A DNA stretch of 64,000 nucleotides, taken from positions 8,352,317 to 8,416,316 of the forward strand of contig CM082595.2 in NCBI GenBank assembly GCA_040954595.2, read 5' to 3'. The position numbers were made by a program, and so were the translations under genes. Below, piece after piece: positions 61,122 through 64,000 of this stretch. This stretch comes from Balanoglossus misakiensis. Lineage: Eukaryota > Animalia > Hemichordata. Each line of letters starts with the position of its first letter. Position 1 is the stretch's first letter. The notes below the pieces were generated by a model. That model was not told the origin of the DNA. It saw only the letters and a list, made by a program, of their open reading frames with translations, and searched no databases.

Positions 61122-64000
61122 AATAGCGTCAAGGACACTGTGGTCCCATTTGATGACATAGCACATAGCAACATAGCAATAAGCATATATGCTCTGGATG
61201 CCAAGATATTGAAAAGTAGGTCAAAGGTCACCTGAGGTCATGCAAAATTTGGGCAAGAAATTTTGACCTTATACTGGTCCATGTTCAATAAAAACCAAAA
61301 CTATAGCCTTATTGGTTACCTTGGAATTAGGTTTGCACATAATAAATGAGATATGCAGGTGTCACAGGTGACCCCCAATTTTGGCTTTTCAATTTTAGTG
61401 CCAACCCTCCAAACGCTAAGTCTGTACCTGCTCTGGATGTCAAGATATGGTAAAGTAGGTGAAAGGTCACCTGAGGTCATGCAAAATTTGGGCAAGAAAT
61501 TTTGACACTATACTGGTCCATGTTCAACAAAAACCAAACCTATAGCCTTATTGGTTAGCCTGGAATTAGGTATGCACATAATTAATGAGATATGCAGGTG
61601 TCACAGGTAACCCCCAGTTTTGGCTTTTCAATTTTAGTCCCAACCCTCCAAACGCAAAGTCTGTATCTGCTCTGGATGCCAAGATATGATAAAGTAGGTC
61701 AAAGGTCACCTGAAGTCATGCAAAATTTGGGCAAGAAATTTTGACCCTATACTGGTCCATGTTCAATAAAAACCAAAACTATAGCCTTATTGGTTACCTA
61801 GGAATTAGGTATGCACATAATTAATGAGATATGCAGGTGTCACAGGTGACCCCCAAGTTTGGCTTTTCAATTTTAGTGCCAACCCTCCAAACGCTAAGTC
61901 TGTACCTACACTGGATGCCAAGATATGGTAAAGTAGGTCAAATATCACCTGAGGTCATGCAAAATTTTGGCAAGAAATTTTGACCCTATACTGGTCCATG
62001 TTCAACAAAAACCAAACCTATAGCCTTATTGGTTAGCCTGGAATTAGGTATGCACATAATTAATGAGATATGCAGGTGTCACAGGTGACCCCCAGTTTTG
62101 GCTTTTAAATTTTAGTCCCAACCCTCCAAACACAAAGTCTGTACCTGCTCTGGATGCCAAGATATGATAAAGTAGGTCAAACGTCACCTGAGGTCATGCA
62201 AAATTTGGGCAAGAAATGTTGACCCTATACTGGTCCATGTTCAATAAGAACCAAAACTATAGCCTTATTGGTTAGCGTGGAATTAGGTATGCACATAATT
62301 AATGACATATGCAGGTGTCACAGGTGACCCCCAATTTTGGCTTTTCAATTTTAGTGCCAACCCTCCAAACGCTTCGTCTGTACCTGCTGTGGATGCCAGA
62401 TATGATAAAGTAGGTCAAAGGTCACCTGAGGTCATGCAAAATTTAGGCAAGAAATTTTGACCCTATACTGGTCCATGTTTAACAAAAACCAAACCTATAG
62501 CCTTATTGGTTAGCCTGGAATTAGGTATGCACATAATTAATGAGATATGCAGGTGTCACAGGTGACCCCCAATTTAGGCTTTTCAATTTTAGTCCCAACC
62601 CTTCAAACGCTAAGTCTGTACCTGCTCTGGATGCCAAGATATGGTAAAGTTGGTCAAAGGTCACCTGAGGTCATGCAAAATTTGGGCAAGAAATTTTGAC
62701 CCTATACTGGTCCATGTTCAACAAAAACCAAACCTATAGCCTTATTGGTTAGCCTGGAATTAGGTATGCACATAATTAATGAGATATGCAGGTGTCACAG
62801 GTGACCCCCAATTTTGGCTTTTCAATTTTAGTCCCAACCCTCCAAACGCCAAGTCTATACCTGCTCTGGATGCCAAGATATGGAAAAGTAGGTCAAAGGT
62901 CACCTGAGGTCATGCAAAATTTGGGCAAGAAATTTTGACCCTATACTGGTCCATGTTCAACAAAAACCAAACCTATAGCCCTATTGGTTAGCCTGGAATT
63001 ATGTATGCACATAATTAATGAGATATGCCGATGTCACAGGTGACCCATATTTTGGCTTTTCAATTTTAGTCCCAACCCTCCAAACGCCAAGTCTGTACCT
63101 GCTCTGGATGCCGAGATATAGGAAAGTAGGTCAAAGGTCACCTGAGGTCGCCCAAAATTTTGGCAAGAAATTTTGACCCTATACTGGTCCATGTCCCACA
63201 AGAACGAAACCTCTAGCCCTATTAGTTAGCCCGGAATTAAGTATGCACATAATTAATGTGTTAAGCAGGTGTTACAGGTGAGCCCAAAAATTTGCCTTTT
63301 ATTTTGGCCCCATTGTGCTCACTGACCAATAGACAGTCACTGTACAGGACTATTGCACAGACCAGAATTCCACAATAAGATGTGGACATAGCTTAACCAT
63401 AGAGGTATAAGTAAAGTTTTAAATTTAATAAAAAGACTAAAAAATTCATAAAAAAATATAGCTGTGAACAGCAATAAGCGGGTTTCGAGACACTACTAGC
63501 CCTATTGGTTCGCCTGGAGATAGATTTGTGCATATTTAATTACTGCATTAGTTGTTCTATCACTCCAAATGCCAAGGGTGTATGTGCTGTGGATGCTGAG
63601 ATGTGGAAAAGTAGGTCAAAGGTCACGTGAGGTCACGCTTAATATGAGCAGAAAATGTTTACGCTATACTGGTCCATGTCCGACAAAAACCAGACCTGTA
63701 GCCATATTGGTTTGCCTGGAATTAAGTATGCACATAGTTAATGAGTTAAGCAGGTGTCACAGGTGAGCCTTAAATTTGGCTTCTTATTTTGGTCCCATCC
63801 ACCCAAACACCTAAGCTGTACCTGCTCTGGATGCTGAGGTATGCGAAAGTAGGTCAAAGGTCACCCAAGGTCACCCAAAATTTGGGGGGAAAATTTGACC
63901 CCATACTGGTCCATGTCCGACAAAAACCAGACCTGTAGCCCTATTGGTTTGCCTGGAATTAGGTATGCACATAGTTAATGAGTTAAGCAGGTGTCACAGG
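61122..64000. repeat. ~240-bp satellite headed by a Helentron/HINE-like terminus
   Basis: CTCTGGATGCCAAGATATG..GGTCAAAGGTCACCTGAGGTCA every ~239-240 bp; units diverge after ~63100; unique insert ~63320..63495. Confidence 0.95.

Overview
Eukaryotic, AT-rich, transposon-saturated (heterochromatin-like) DNA, most plausibly from a marine invertebrate (inference from the element families). No intact host gene is visible. Left part (1-15.4 kb): a decayed gene with Ca-binding EGF exons, many MITEs, and a near-perfect duplication at offset 13,551. Middle (15.4-46.7 kb): a diverged long repeat present twice. The first copy carries a Kolobok-type MITE, a complete Ngaro tyrosine-recombinase (YR) retrotransposon with split direct repeats, a Mag-like Gypsy element (itself carrying a foldback element) and a full-length Tx1/L1 LINE. 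Between the two copies lie a spliced, LINE-interrupted CCHC gag-like gene whose intron holds an array of conserved hairpins, a second Ngaro whose RT-RNase H is fused in frame to a Polinton/adintovirus-like fragment, and the N-terminus of a Polinton PolB. Right part (46.7-64 kb): a ~90-bp satellite with higher-order repeats, interrupted by a young Gmr1-like Gypsy (INT before RT) and a solo LTR, followed by a ~240-bp satellite that starts at a Helentron/HINE-like terminus. Family assignments come from motif recognition only; no database search was run.
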